DNA of 64,000 nt from positions 5,709,439-5,773,438 of the forward strand of contig CBDCJO010000002.1 in the NCBI GenBank assembly GCA_965217865.1, given 5' to 3'. Position 1 is the first letter of the stretch, and each line of letters begins with the position of its first letter. The notes beneath the pieces were generated by a model. That model saw only the letters and a list, made by a program, of their open reading frames with translations, did not search any database and was not told the DNA's origin. The stretch is from Candidatus Latescibacterota bacterium (GTDB taxonomy: Bacteria > Latescibacterota > UBA2968 > SICM01). Shown in pieces: positions 20,278 to 31,076 of the stretch. Made by a program: the position numbers and the translations under genes.

Positions 20278-20541
20278 GTGGGCAGAGTTGGAAGGCTGGC
20301 TTCCAGCACTTGGCATGTAACCACTAATGTGTTACATTCCAAGCGAAGAATAGCCAACCTTGTTGAAGACCTGCGAGATAGGGGACCGAACAGAGGCGAT
20401 TGGCCTAACTACAGCAAACTTGGACCAGATCAGTATCATTGTCACCTTTCGCCAGGTTGGGTAGCCACCTGGTCCTAGAAGAGAGGTTCCAAAACCATCG
20501 AGGTGTACTATGCAGGCAGTCGTGAAGACGCCCCGTATTGA
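20278..20541 (+). pseudogene. RelE/ParE-like toxin with in-frame TAG
   Basis: GP...WPNYSKL...YHCHL...WVATWS*KRGSKTIEVYYAGSREDAPY. Confidence 0.7.
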
Positions 20542-20883
20542 GATCAAGATCACTGGAGAGATTCCGAAGAAGCTGCTCTCCGTCCTGGAAGAAGAGTATG
20601 GCGAGAAAATTCAGCTCTCGGAAGAAGAAGAGACTGACGAAGAGACCGTCAATATATTCGAGACCGACTGGTACCAGGAAATCAAATCAAGCACGAAGCC
20701 GGGCGAAAACCTCCGGATCTACCGTGAGAACCATGGTTTGACTCAGGCCAAGCTGGAGAGATGGTTGGGGGCATTCCTCGTCAACACATATCAAATATGG
20801 AGAGAGGAACCAGGGCGATCAGCCTGAAGACTGCTCGGAAGCTTGCGAAGCTATTCAGGATATCCGTTGAGAAATTCGTCTGA
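20510..20883 (+). pseudogene. XRE-HTH antitoxin (HigA-like), frameshifted
   Basis: LRIYRENHGLTQAKL, then another frame gives EMVGGIPRQHISNMERGTRAISLKTARKLAKLF. Confidence 0.75.
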
Positions 20884-21069
20884 AGACTGGACGTGATAGA
20901 CAGTTACGACTCTTGATCAAGAGGGACACTTGACGCGTAATCCTGCGCTCCCAATTTCTGCAAGTTGGGAGCGCGCGTCGTTTGAGTGAATCGTCTCTAC
21001 GGGTGGATGGTCTGAAACAAACGGCAGCAGCTATGGATACGTCATAATTAATTGCGCATACATGAAAGG

Positions 21070-21233
21070 CCGTCAAACGTGAGACGTGAAACGTGAAAAG
21101 CAATAGCAGCAAAAAGCAACAGCATGGTTTAGAGGTCAGGAAGAGTTGAAGCAGGAAAGGCAAACGTGAAAGGCAGGAGCAAAGGCGGGGACCATGGGTC
21201 AGAGGTCAGAGGTCAGAGGTCAGAGGTCAGAGG
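21070..21233. repeat. Heptamer tandem repeats (ACGTGAR)x3 and (GGTCAGA)x5
   Basis: Visible at 21070-21097 and 21197-21231. Confidence 0.85.
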
Positions 21234-21899
21234 AAAGTCAAAACTGGAAGTCAGGGACAGGGCAAAGGCAGTAGCAGTGGCACCCGTAAAGCGTTGATAA
21301 ATTCCGAACGTCCATATAAAATACGAATTAATTAACAGGATTACAGTATCTTACGTAAAGAGATCGTCCATGCCCTGGCTTCAGAAAAGGAGCAGGTCCG
21401 TGAAGCGGAACTATCCGGGATATATGCGCAAACACTTAAGACGTTATGGATAGCAGCCGATTTACATGGTTAATTCTGCGCGCGCGTGCAGAATTGATAG
21501 AGGCAAGGGAAAAGCAGTGGCAGTGTAAGGCGTCGACCAAACCCCGAACACCCCAGAAGATAATACGATTTAAATTGTAGAATTACAGTATATTACGCAC
21601 AGAATTCACCCAGGCCTGACTTCAGGTAAGGAATTGTGAACGCGCGTTCACAATTGGGTTGGAGCCACTACCGGGTGCTGTTGATCGGATCGATGTCTAC
21701 CCTGGCGGCGTGAGGGAACCCGCAGGAAACATACGGCCAAAACATGGAGTTTATTCTGGATGAGTGAATTATATGCTATTCTATGGAGTGAGTGTTCAAG
21801 GCCAGAGAATCTGTTATAAATATCCTAGCCTTTCCCTTTTTCACTTTTGTCAAGCAACAGGGGCTCTTAACACACATTTCTGGACTCCGGCCGCGGAGT

Positions 21900-22045
21900 T
21901 TATCCAAAGAGCCTGACGAAGGATTCCCCCTTCTAAAAGATAAGTCGGATTCAAGATGCGCATCATGAAGATCGACCTCATAGAGGTAGTTTCTACTGAG
22001 GTCAGCCCTCCTCTCTTCCTTCTCGCCTGATTCCACCCACCTCAA
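21900..22045 (-). pseudogene. Possible pentapeptide-repeat protein remnant
   Basis: RWVESGEKEERR-ADLSR-NYLYE-VDLHD-AHLE. Confidence 0.3.
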
Positions 22046-22401
22046 GATTCTCCTCCAACTCTGGAGAAACCTTGAGGACCCGGGTCCCTGAGATATTCAT
22101 CCATCCCTTACAACATTCCACATTACCGTCTTCATTTGCACGGCACCCTCCAGCTTATCCCCCCTCTGCTTCACCGAGTAGTCGCCCACAGTCATATCGG
22201 ACTTTCAGGTCATGAATCCGTCCCAGGTCGCCAAGGATCTGCGTTGTATGTATGGTCCCCCACCTTTCATGGAGAGCGGATGAATTTATTTTTTCAAGCC
22301 GTTTAAACCAATTCTGTCCAACAGGCATCTAATAATTAAGAGAAAGACGATGATCCTGATCTTTCGAAAGGCATTTTCAGAGATCCGCAACAGGAGGCTC
22401 A

Positions 22402-24876
22402 ATGACGAGCAAGCTACTTTTTTTATTTATGTTATCCATCATCATGTTGCCGTCCAGCCCCCGGGCAAAAGAGGCCGTGGGTTCAATCAGTGGCTATGTG
22501 AAAGACGCCTCAAACGGAGAGACCCTGCCCAATGCAAGCGTAGTAATAGACAGCACAACCATGGGGACCACAACCGACAGGGCGGGTTACTTCGTCATCA
22601 GCCGGCTCACAACAGGCTCATATTGGATCACGTTCAGTTATATCGGTTACGAAAGCAGGTCGATAAAAACAACCGTTCAACCGGGCCAGACCTCAACGTA
22701 TCTTGTGGAATTGACCCCCATTACCCTCGAGGGCGATGAGATTGAAACCGTTGGCAAGCGCCTATCCCCTACCGAGATAGCCCCGGTCGGCAGTTTCGGC
22801 ATCCGGGTCACCGAACTCGCCCGCATCCCCACCGTAGGTCAGCCGGACCTCTTGAGAGGCATCCAACTCCTGCCCGGCGTACAGGGGTCCAGCGACAATT
22901 CGGCGGGCCTTTTCGTGCGCGGGGGCATACCCGGCCAGAACCTGATCCTCTTAGACGGCGTCGTCGTTTACAACCCCAGCCACCTGTTCGGCTTCTTCAG
23001 CACCTTCAACCCCGACGCGCTCAAGAATGTACTGCTCTTGAAAGGTACGTTCCCTGCCCGGTACGGAGACCGCCTCTCCAGCGTCTTGGACATCACCAAC
23101 CTAGACGGCAACCGGAAATCCGTATCTGCCAGGACCTCTCTCAACTTGATCAGCGCTGGGTTAACCGCTGAAGGGCCCCTTGGCAACAAAGGGTCATGGA
23201 TGGTCTCGGGACGGCGCACCTACCAGGAACTGATCAACTCCCCCCTCTTTAGCCACATCGTGGAGTCTATGTTCAGCACCCGAACAGGCACGCTCGCCTC
23301 TGCGGGGCCTGCACCCGGCGATGGATTCGGTCTGGGCGGTGTGGGAGGGGGCGTTGGCGGTGGGGGAAGGGGCGTTGGCGGTGGGGGAAGGCGTTTTGGC
23401 AGGGCAAGGTTCAACTTCGGACCGACAACCAGCGACTTCGACCAGGGCTACAACTTCTACGATACCAATTCCAAGATCAACTTAGACCCGTCCCCTTCCA
23501 ACAAGCTCTCGCTCAGCGGATACCTGGGGCACGACGGGCTTGACCTGACGCTGCCCTCCTTCAGAACGACCCAACGCCAGCAGCTCTTGGACTGGGGCAA
23601 CCAGGTCGGCAGCCTCCGCTGGATGCAGATTGTTACCGACAGGTTCTTGAGCAATACACAGTTTTCAGTCAGCCGGTATGCTTCCAACTTTTCGGTCAAC
23701 GCCACCGGGGACGATCAGGACGCCCCGGCCACCGGAGGCGGAGGCCTACGCGGCTTCGGCTTAAACCGAGACAATCGCATCCTGGATCTGACTTTCAAGG
23801 CCGACCTGGACTTTTATGCCAGTTCCAACCACACCATCAGGGCCGGCGCACAGGGAACGCGGTACGACGCGTCCTACAGGCAGGGGTTCAGCGACTCCAT
23901 CCGTTCGGAAATCAACACCGTATCCCGCTACGAAACCGGTTACCTGGAATACACCCTGCGCAACGCGAAGTTCGAGTTCACGCCGGGCGTGCGGCTCAGC
24001 CATTTTCAACTCGGGAACTACACGGACGTCTCACCCAGGGTCTCGGCACGCTACAACGTGAACGAACGTTTCGCGCTCAAAGGTGGGTGGGGAATCTACC
24101 ACCAGTACATCAACCTCATCTCGGTCGAGGGGTTCTCCTACACAACCGACATGTGGCTGCCGGTAGACGAGACGCTCACCCCCGGCCGTGCCGTCCACAC
24201 GGCTGGCGGCTTCACCTTTAGACCTCTCGAAGGCTGGGAGACGGACATCGAGGTCTACCACAAGGACCTGTCCAACCTGGTCGAGTTCCAATCGCAGGTT
24301 CGCCTGAACCCCGGCGCGTCCCTCTCAGACCTGTTCCTCCAGGGAACGGGCAGGGCTTACGGAGGCGAACTGCTCCTCAGAAAATCGGCTGGCCGCACGA
24401 CCGGCTGGGCAGGTTATACCCTGGGTTACACCCGCCAGAAGTTCCCCGAACTGAACAACGGGAAAGAGTTCCCGCCCAAGTACGACAGGCGGCACGACGT
24501 CTCGCTTGTCATGAATCACGATATCGGCCGCGGCTGGAACCTCAACCTCAACTGGGTCTACGGAACGGGCCAGGCCTATACCATACCCGATTCCCGGTAT
24601 ACGGTAACCCAGCCAAACGGCCAAACGACCTCCTACATCCACACATCCGAAAAAAACGCCTACCGGCTGCCCGCATATCACCGCATGGACATGGGGATTA
24701 CCAAAGATTTTTACCTGGGGGAGGCCAGGGCCCAGCTCGTTCTCAGCGTCTTCAACCTGTACAACCGGCGCAACATCTGGTATCGTACGTTCGACGCCAC
24801 GGAAGAAATCGTAGAGTTCCAGGACGTGCTTCTCCAGCCTATCCTACCAAGCATCGGATTTAGATTCATCATGTGA
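22402..24876 (+). CDS. TonB-dependent receptor with N-terminal carboxypeptidase-regulatory-like domain
   Basis: Signal peptide, ISGYVKD..GETLP, plug motif VRGG...QNLILLDG, YHRMD and NLYNRRN. Confidence 0.92.
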   Translation: MTSKLLFLFMLSIIMLPSSPRAKEAVGSISGYVKDASNGETLPNASVVIDSTTMGTTTDRAGYFVISRLTTGSYWITFSYIGYESRSIKTTVQPGQTSTYLVELTPITLEGDEIETVGKRLSPTEIAPVGSFGIRVTELARIPTVGQPDLLRGIQLLPGVQGSSDNSAGLFVRGGIPGQNLILLDGVVVYNPSHLFGFFSTFNPDALKNVLLLKGTFPARYGDRLSSVLDITNLDGNRKSVSARTSLNLISAGLTAEGPLGNKGSWMVSGRRTYQELINSPLFSHIVESMFSTRTGTLASAGPAPGDGFGLGGVGGGVGGGGRGVGGGGRRFGRARFNFGPTTSDFDQGYNFYDTNSKINLDPSPSNKLSLSGYLGHDGLDLTLPSFRTTQRQQLLDWGNQVGSLRWMQIVTDRFLSNTQFSVSRYASNFSVNATGDDQDAPATGGGGLRGFGLNRDNRILDLTFKADLDFYASSNHTIRAGAQGTRYDASYRQGFSDSIRSEINTVSRYETGYLEYTLRNAKFEFTPGVRLSHFQLGNYTDVSPRVSARYNVNERFALKGGWGIYHQYINLISVEGFSYTTDMWLPVDETLTPGRAVHTAGGFTFRPLEGWETDIEVYHKDLSNLVEFQSQVRLNPGASLSDLFLQGTGRAYGGELLLRKSAGRTTGWAGYTLGYTRQKFPELNNGKEFPPKYDRRHDVSLVMNHDIGRGWNLNLNWVYGTGQAYTIPDSRYTVTQPNGQTTSYIHTSEKNAYRLPAYHRMDMGITKDFYLGEARAQLVLSVFNLYNRRNIWYRTFDATEEIVEFQDVLLQPILPSIGFRFIM

Positions 24877-24885
24877 GGAAAAACC

Positions 24886-25737
24886 ATGACTCGGAACTTT
24901 CACTGCCTTCGAATCGCGCTTATCGTGGTTCTGTTCACAGGCGGTTGCAACAACAGTCCCACGGATTCTGAGACAGCGTTCAAGCCGACCCTGTATCTCG
25001 AGGGTTTTTTGAGCGCAGGCAATCCGGTTGACGACCTCTTTGTAGGCGTCACAACGCCCCTTTACGAGACGGTCGACAGGGACCAGAGCGGACTCTCCGG
25101 CGCAGCGGTCACGCTCGAGGTAGACGGCACAACCTCCGAGTTGTCCCCCCTGCCCGGAAAGACGGGCTACTACTATCTTCCAACCCTGATGAGGGTCGAA
25201 CCGGGAAAGACTTATCGACTTACGGTGGAGGTCGAAGATGGGGTCGCTCAGGCCGAAACAACAGTCCCCTTCCCGCCCACGGTTACGGCATCTTCCACCC
25301 GGCTACAGGTGGGAGGCGATTCCTTCAGTGCGACGTGGGAGGGTGAAACAGGGGCAGAATACATGACAGAAACCGTAGCCCAGTCTCTCGGGGATCAGAT
25401 CCCTCTGGAGTCTCTGCTTGGGGGGTTCGGACGGTTCAGGGGATTTGGTGGAATCGGAATCGACACGACCGGCTTTGCCGCCTTGAGGGACAGCCTGGCG
25501 CAGGCCAGCAGGTGGCGGTATACACAGAACCAATCGACAACCCTGGATCTGAGACAATTTTCTCACTACGGGACCTACGTTTTCCGGGTATTCGCCATAG
25601 ACAAGAACTACGCGGACTTCCTGATTTCCAGCAACCAGGACCCTCAGACGCTGGACGAGCCCCGGTTCCACGTCTCGGGCGGAATCGGGCTCTTCGCCTC
25701 CATGGCGGCGGACTCTGTCGTTTTCACCCTGGAGTGA
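24886..25737 (+). CDS. Lipoprotein (DUF4249-like) partner of the TonB receptor
   Basis: Lipobox TGGC; LEGFL, PGKTYRLTV and VSGGIGLFAS motifs. Confidence 0.75.
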   Translation: MTRNFHCLRIALIVVLFTGGCNNSPTDSETAFKPTLYLEGFLSAGNPVDDLFVGVTTPLYETVDRDQSGLSGAAVTLEVDGTTSELSPLPGKTGYYYLPTLMRVEPGKTYRLTVEVEDGVAQAETTVPFPPTVTASSTRLQVGGDSFSATWEGETGAEYMTETVAQSLGDQIPLESLLGGFGRFRGFGGIGIDTTGFAALRDSLAQASRWRYTQNQSTTLDLRQFSHYGTYVFRVFAIDKNYADFLISSNQDPQTLDEPRFHVSGGIGLFASMAADSVVFTLE

Positions 25738-25818
25738 TACCAACCGAGACCCTACCAAGTTGACATCGCAGATTGTCCCCTCTGGACGGAGACTTTTAGA
25801 GATTTGACATTTGGATAG

Positions 25819-25853
25819 AAAAAAGGACTTTGCATCAGATGCAAAGTCCTTTT
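25819..25853. terminator. Bidirectional terminator-like hairpin (copy related to the tRNA-Leu terminator)
   Basis: AAAAGGACTTTGCATC-A-GATGCAAAGTCCTTTT between convergent genes. Confidence 0.75.
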
Positions 25854-27315
25854 CATCTACACCTCTTCTTGTCGTGCAGCGTCAGGCTAGGAATGTCTCG
25901 GGAGTCTGATTTGTTAGGTATTCACTGTCAGCCGGCCGATCAGCTCAGGGTATTTGTTCAGGGCTTCTGACATCCCGTCCATATCGAACATGCCGGATGC
26001 GTCGGCGAGGCGATGGCCCCATTGCTCGACGGGCGGACAGCCGTATTGTTGCCCCAGCGTCTTCATCCGGGTGGCAAATTCTTCGACTTCGTTTACTGTG
26101 AGAACGGCGCTGAGTTCCACAACCCTCGCCTTCTCGGTTTCGAGAACCTCCATCAACTCAGGGAGATTCTTTACGGTCGAAGGATCGAAGTCAGGGTCGC
26201 CGTTCTTCTGATCCTCGGGCACTTCGGATCCAAGTGCATCCTGGATCTCAGTGATGAGGCGACTCAGTTCCTCCTGGACGAACGAAAGATGTGAATCGAT
26301 CTCGGCTTGCCCATTTCCCTCGCGAATAGCGGATTCAAGAGTCTGGGCCCGCTGCTGCAGTTCTCCCGCCCCGATCGTCCCTGCGACACCCTTCAGCGAG
26401 TGTGACGTCCGCTCAGCGGCCTCTCGCTCCCCTTCCGAAAGCTGGGCACGCACCGTCTCCACCGTCTTCGCCTCCTCTCCCGTGGCGAACCCCTTCACCA
26501 GCTTCTCGTAGAAATCCCGCTTGCCCATCACCCTCTTGAGGCCGCCCTCAACGTCCAGCCCGTCGATGGCGGCGAGGCCGGCAATGGGGTCGGATTCGTC
26601 GAGGACAGGGGCGGGCCCTATCTGTGGGGTTGCGTCTATGGATTCCCGATCGCCGTGCGGGACCCACCTTAAGAGAGTCTTGAACAACACCTCAGGATCG
26701 ATCGGCTTGGCGATGTGATCGTTCATTCCGGCTTCAACACATTTCTCGCGATCGCCTTCCATGGCATTTGCCGTCATGGCCAGGATGGGAAGATCGGCAA
26801 ACCGTGAATCTTTTCGGATTTCGCGTGTGGCACTTACACCATCCATCACAGGCATCTGCATGTCCATCAGAACGGCATCGAAAGGTTGTTGCTGAACTTT
26901 TTGAACGCCAATTTTACCATTTTCCGCCAACTCTGTTTCCAACCCGACTTGTCCAAGCAATTCGAGGGCAACCTGCTGGTTGAGTTCGTTATCCTCAACC
27001 ACCAGAATACGGGCACCCCGAATGGGTGCAAGCATCTCAGGTGAGATGGCTTGTTCTTCGTGCTTTTCAGTTTGTTTGCTTTCGCCACCCAGTACCCGTA
27101 TGGCTGAATCAAACAAAAGAGAGGGGGTGACGGGTTTGTTCAGGGTGATTTCTATGCCGACCTCATTGGCGCTTTGGATTAAGTCTTCACGTCCAAAAGC
27201 AGTAACCATGATGGGGTGTGGACGATTTTTGAGGGCTTGCGAATCCATCTGCCGGATGGTTTCGATGCCGTTTATGCCAGGAGGCATGTGCCAATCGACG
27301 AAGACAATCTCATAG

Positions 27316-28562
27316 CAGCCTGTTGAAAAAGTGCGTTTATGCCAAGATGACTGTTGTCTTTCCTTGTGGTTTGGTCCTATGATATATCAGGTTCAAACTG
27401 AGAAGGGAGGACGAGCAAATGGCAATGGGAAAACGAGGACGACAGAGACAGGAAAACCTGTTCATCGCATCGAACACTTTGGTGAAATCTCCGGGTCATC
27501 CGTTCTACGAGAAGCTGAATCAGGTATTGGGGGCGAACGGCTTCGACGAGTTCGTCGAGGGGCTTTGCCAGCGGTATTACGCTCCTCATATGGGTCGCAA
27601 GGGCATTCCGCCCGGGGTTTATTTTCGGATGCTTTTGATTGGGTATTTCGAGGGACTTGATTCGGAACGTGGGATCGAATGGCGTGTATCTGACTCGCTG
27701 ACGTTGCGCCGGTTTTTGGGGTATGCCCTTGACGAACAGACCCCGGATCATTCCAGCCTGTCTCGCATCCGGCATCGGCTTCCCTTGGAAGTTCACGAAG
27801 CGGTTTTCAAGTGGATCCTGAGGGTCTTGTGCAAAGCGGGTCTGGTGAAGGGGAAGACGTTGGGCGTGGATGCTACGACACTGGAGGCCAACGCCGCGAT
27901 GCGCAGCATTGTACGCCGTGACACGGGTGAAGGCTACCAGGCATTCCTTGAGAATCTGGCCAAGGCCTCGGGCATTGAAACGCCTAAACGTTTGCACAGA
28001 CAGCGTATACGGGAGGTGGTTGCGGACAAAGGATATCATAGCAACGATGTATTGACCAGTCTGAAGCAAGGCGGCATCCGGAGTTACATTTCAGAACCGG
28101 ATCGGGGACGCCGCAAGTGGAACGGCCGACGAGATGAGCAGGCCGCGGTATATGCGAATCGACGCCGGATCAAGGGAGATCGCGGCAAGGCCTTGCGCCG
28201 AAGTCGTGCAGAACGGGTGGAAAGAACCATCGCTCACACATATGATACCGGTGGCATGCGCAGGTTGCACTTGAGAGACCGCGGCAATATCCTCAAGCGT
28301 TTGCTGATCCACATCGGGGGCTGCAACCTGGCTCTGCTCATGCGCAAAGTGATGGGCGTAGGTACTCCGAAGGCCCTCCAGGACCTGGCCAAGGCCTTGC
28401 AGCGTCTACTGCTCGTCCTACAATCACGTTTGCTGCCCTCGGTTACCTTTTTAACCTCTTATCAGCGTCTCCTGCTCAATCTCCTTACCTTGATTTATCT
28501 GACCCGCACTCCAGGCGTCTTTTCCGTTTATGTGCGTTGAAAGGTAGTTCTTCAACGGGCTG
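27316..28562 (+). mobile_element. IS5/IS1182-like element, internally deleted copy
   Basis: Same inverted repeats as 2734-4259; 4-bp target duplication ATAG; 279 bp shorter. Confidence 0.92.
27419..28540 (+). pseudogene. Transposase with 93-aa in-frame deletion
   Basis: GIETP|KRLHRQ junction compared with the 466-aa copy. Confidence 0.8.
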
Positions 28563-31076
28563 ATAGGGATCACTGAGTGCATCCGCTTCGGAAATTGCCG
28601 ACAACGCTTCTTCACCCGATGGCACGTCATCAACGCGGAAGGTCATATTAGAAAGCATGTCTGCGACGATCTTGCGCGCGTAAAGATTATCGTCTACAAC
28701 AAGAGTCCGTCGGTTCCGCAAATCGGGTTCTGGTAGAAACTCTCGTTGTTTAGCTTTGCCAATCCCAAGTTGGGCGGTGAACCAAAATGTGCTTCCTTTG
28801 CCGCGTTCGCTTTCGACGCCGACATCACCTCCCATGAGATTGGCAAGGTTTTTGGAGATGGCCAGTCCCAAACCGGTGCCACCAAATTTTCGGGTTGTCG
28901 ACGTATCGGCCTGCTGAAAGGATTGGAAAAGTTTTTCTTTCTGCTCAGGCGTAAGGCCAATACCTGTGTCCTGAACTTCGAATCGAACCATCAAGTCGCC
29001 ATTCGTTTCGCTGATTTTTCTTGCACGAACAAAGATTTCACCCGTTTCAGTAAATTTGACAGCATTGTTGGCATAGTTGATAAGCACCTGTCCGATGCGC
29101 AAGGGATCACCCTTAAGGTCAAGAGGCAGATCTGGATCAATATCTACAATCAGTTCCAGATCTTTAGATGACGCTTTTTCCCCGACAAGATTCGCAACAT
29201 TGTCGAAGACACGATCGAGCTCGAAGTTGATGGTTTCGACATCGAGCTTTCCGGCTTCTATCTTGGAAAAATCAAGAATGTCGTTAATAATGCCCAAAAG
29301 GTGCTTGCCGGAATCTTGGATTTTGTCCACATAGTCTCGTTGCTTGGCATCAAGGTCTGTTTTGAGCGCTAAATATGCCATGCCGATGATGGCGTTCATC
29401 GGCGTGCGAATTTCGTGGCTCATGTTTGCCAAAAAATTCGCTTTCTCCTGTGCCGACGATTCGGCCGCTTCTTTGGCCTTTTCGCTTTCTCCATGACTTT
29501 TTTTAATCGATTTTGTCATCTGATTAAATGTGGAGGTGATGATAAAAGTCAGTGCCAGTCCAACGAGAATCGCAACCACACCTACGCCACTGATGAGCGT
29601 AATATTCCGATTGATTCCCTCCACAAGCTGGGGCGGCCCGATGTGATCTTGTACAGCTTTAATGTCGAGTTTAACATCTTCATCATCTTTGGCGATTTCT
29701 GGACCCAAACGATCAAGCGTATGTTTGATGATATGATTGCGATCAATTATGATGTCCACCAATTCTGTGAATGTGGTTTTATAGTCTGCAAATGCCAGCA
29801 TAATAGAACCGTGCATGCGCCGTCGCTGGTCGTTTTGCAGCTCTTTATCCAGAAGGCCCAGGCGTTCCTCTACATTTGCAAATTCCTGACCCACCCGATC
29901 GACAGATCGCTGGTCGTTGTTGACTAGAAACTTAGCCACATAGAGACGTGCCAAAAGCAGATGCTTCATGGCTAATCCAGCTTGAAAACCAGCCTCCCGG
30001 TCCCCACTTTCCTGCGCAGAAACCATCAGGCCCGTCAATGTACTTTCCATATAAGGCCCTTTTTGATCAAGCACCTTAAACACCGCATCATTCCGTTTTT
30101 CTTTGTACTCAATCACCTTGTCAAATGCTGCCACATATTCGGTTAGACGCGCTTCTACAGAGTCAATTTTTACCGCACGTTCGGATTTCTGAATTTCGAT
30201 TTGAGATTCTTCCAAGAATCCAGCCATTTTTCGATAATAATCTGCATATTGCTGCAAATCCTTATAGCTGCCGGTAATAATGAAATCCTTTACATTCATG
30301 CGGACCATTAGCATGTTGGCCTGTAAACGCCCCGACAGATTGGTGTCGCGAGCCATTTCTCTATATTCGGTAAACCCGGAGGCAGACTGATATTGCGCAA
30401 AATAGCCCACACCCGCCACTAAGGTCATCAGCAGAAGAATAGTCAGAAATCCAAAGAATATCTTCTTACCAGGACTGATGTCTCTTATGGTCACATATAT
30501 TTTTTTTAGGTTTGCCAGCATGTATGTGACTCCCTGTTAAGACAATATAAAATTTGAGAATTCAAATAAAGGTGGTTTAACGACCCCTGTTCAGCCAATT
30601 TTCAGTCAATGAATCGGACCAACCCACCGAAACGAGGCCCCCCATCAAACCGTCCGCTCGAAGTCCGGAAACGTCCGCCCGTTTCGAACAGCTATTCAGA
30701 AGCCGGTTCCCATCAAGAGGAAATTTGGTGGTATCGACTTAGACCCTCTCCCGCAAGGGGTTTCCATCAATCTTCGGATTGAGCAAATGCATTAATTTAA
30801 CATTTCATGATGGTGATGTCAACGGCAGTTTTTGTAACCTTCGACTTGGCATGACTGGGGTGACCGATGGCTTGATTTTTCCGTATCCCCGCGTCTAAAC
30901 GGCCCTTTTATGCAACCGGGAAACTTCCACATATGCTTGAACCAAGCAGATATTTACGTTATATTTTGAATTCTTGGGGATAGAGGTAATCATTAGGATG
31001 CTCCCGTTCCATCTGTGCCCGCGGTGGGAGTAGAAGTAAACGGTGCCCGGCATGGGGTGCTTTGACATAAAACCCT

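Larger units (their letters stand above)
25914..30521 (-). pseudogene. Hybrid sensor histidine kinase (periplasmic sensor-HisKA-HATPase-REC-REC-HPt) split by an IS
   Basis: [11 protein letters not shown] boxes, REC domains, HSLKG HPt. Removing the IS restores ..ALSDPY|EIVFVDWHMP.. Confidence 0.9.

Noticed and set aside
20476-20478. In-frame TAG in the toxin as pyrrolysine or readthrough
   Set aside because: No pyl genes in the window, TAG is used as a normal stop elsewhere, and the partner gene is also broken.
21070-21640. CRISPR array
   Set aside because: The repeats are 7-mers or two diverged blocks with no regular repeat-spacer period, and no cas genes are present.
21640-22400. Cobalamin or other riboswitch upstream of the TonB receptor
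   Set aside because: Only isolated GCCACT and GGGAA words; the conserved order of elements could not be found by eye.
2734-28562. Composite transposon bounded by the two IS copies
   Set aside because: Copy 2 has its own ATAG duplication inside the kinase gene, so it inserted independently.
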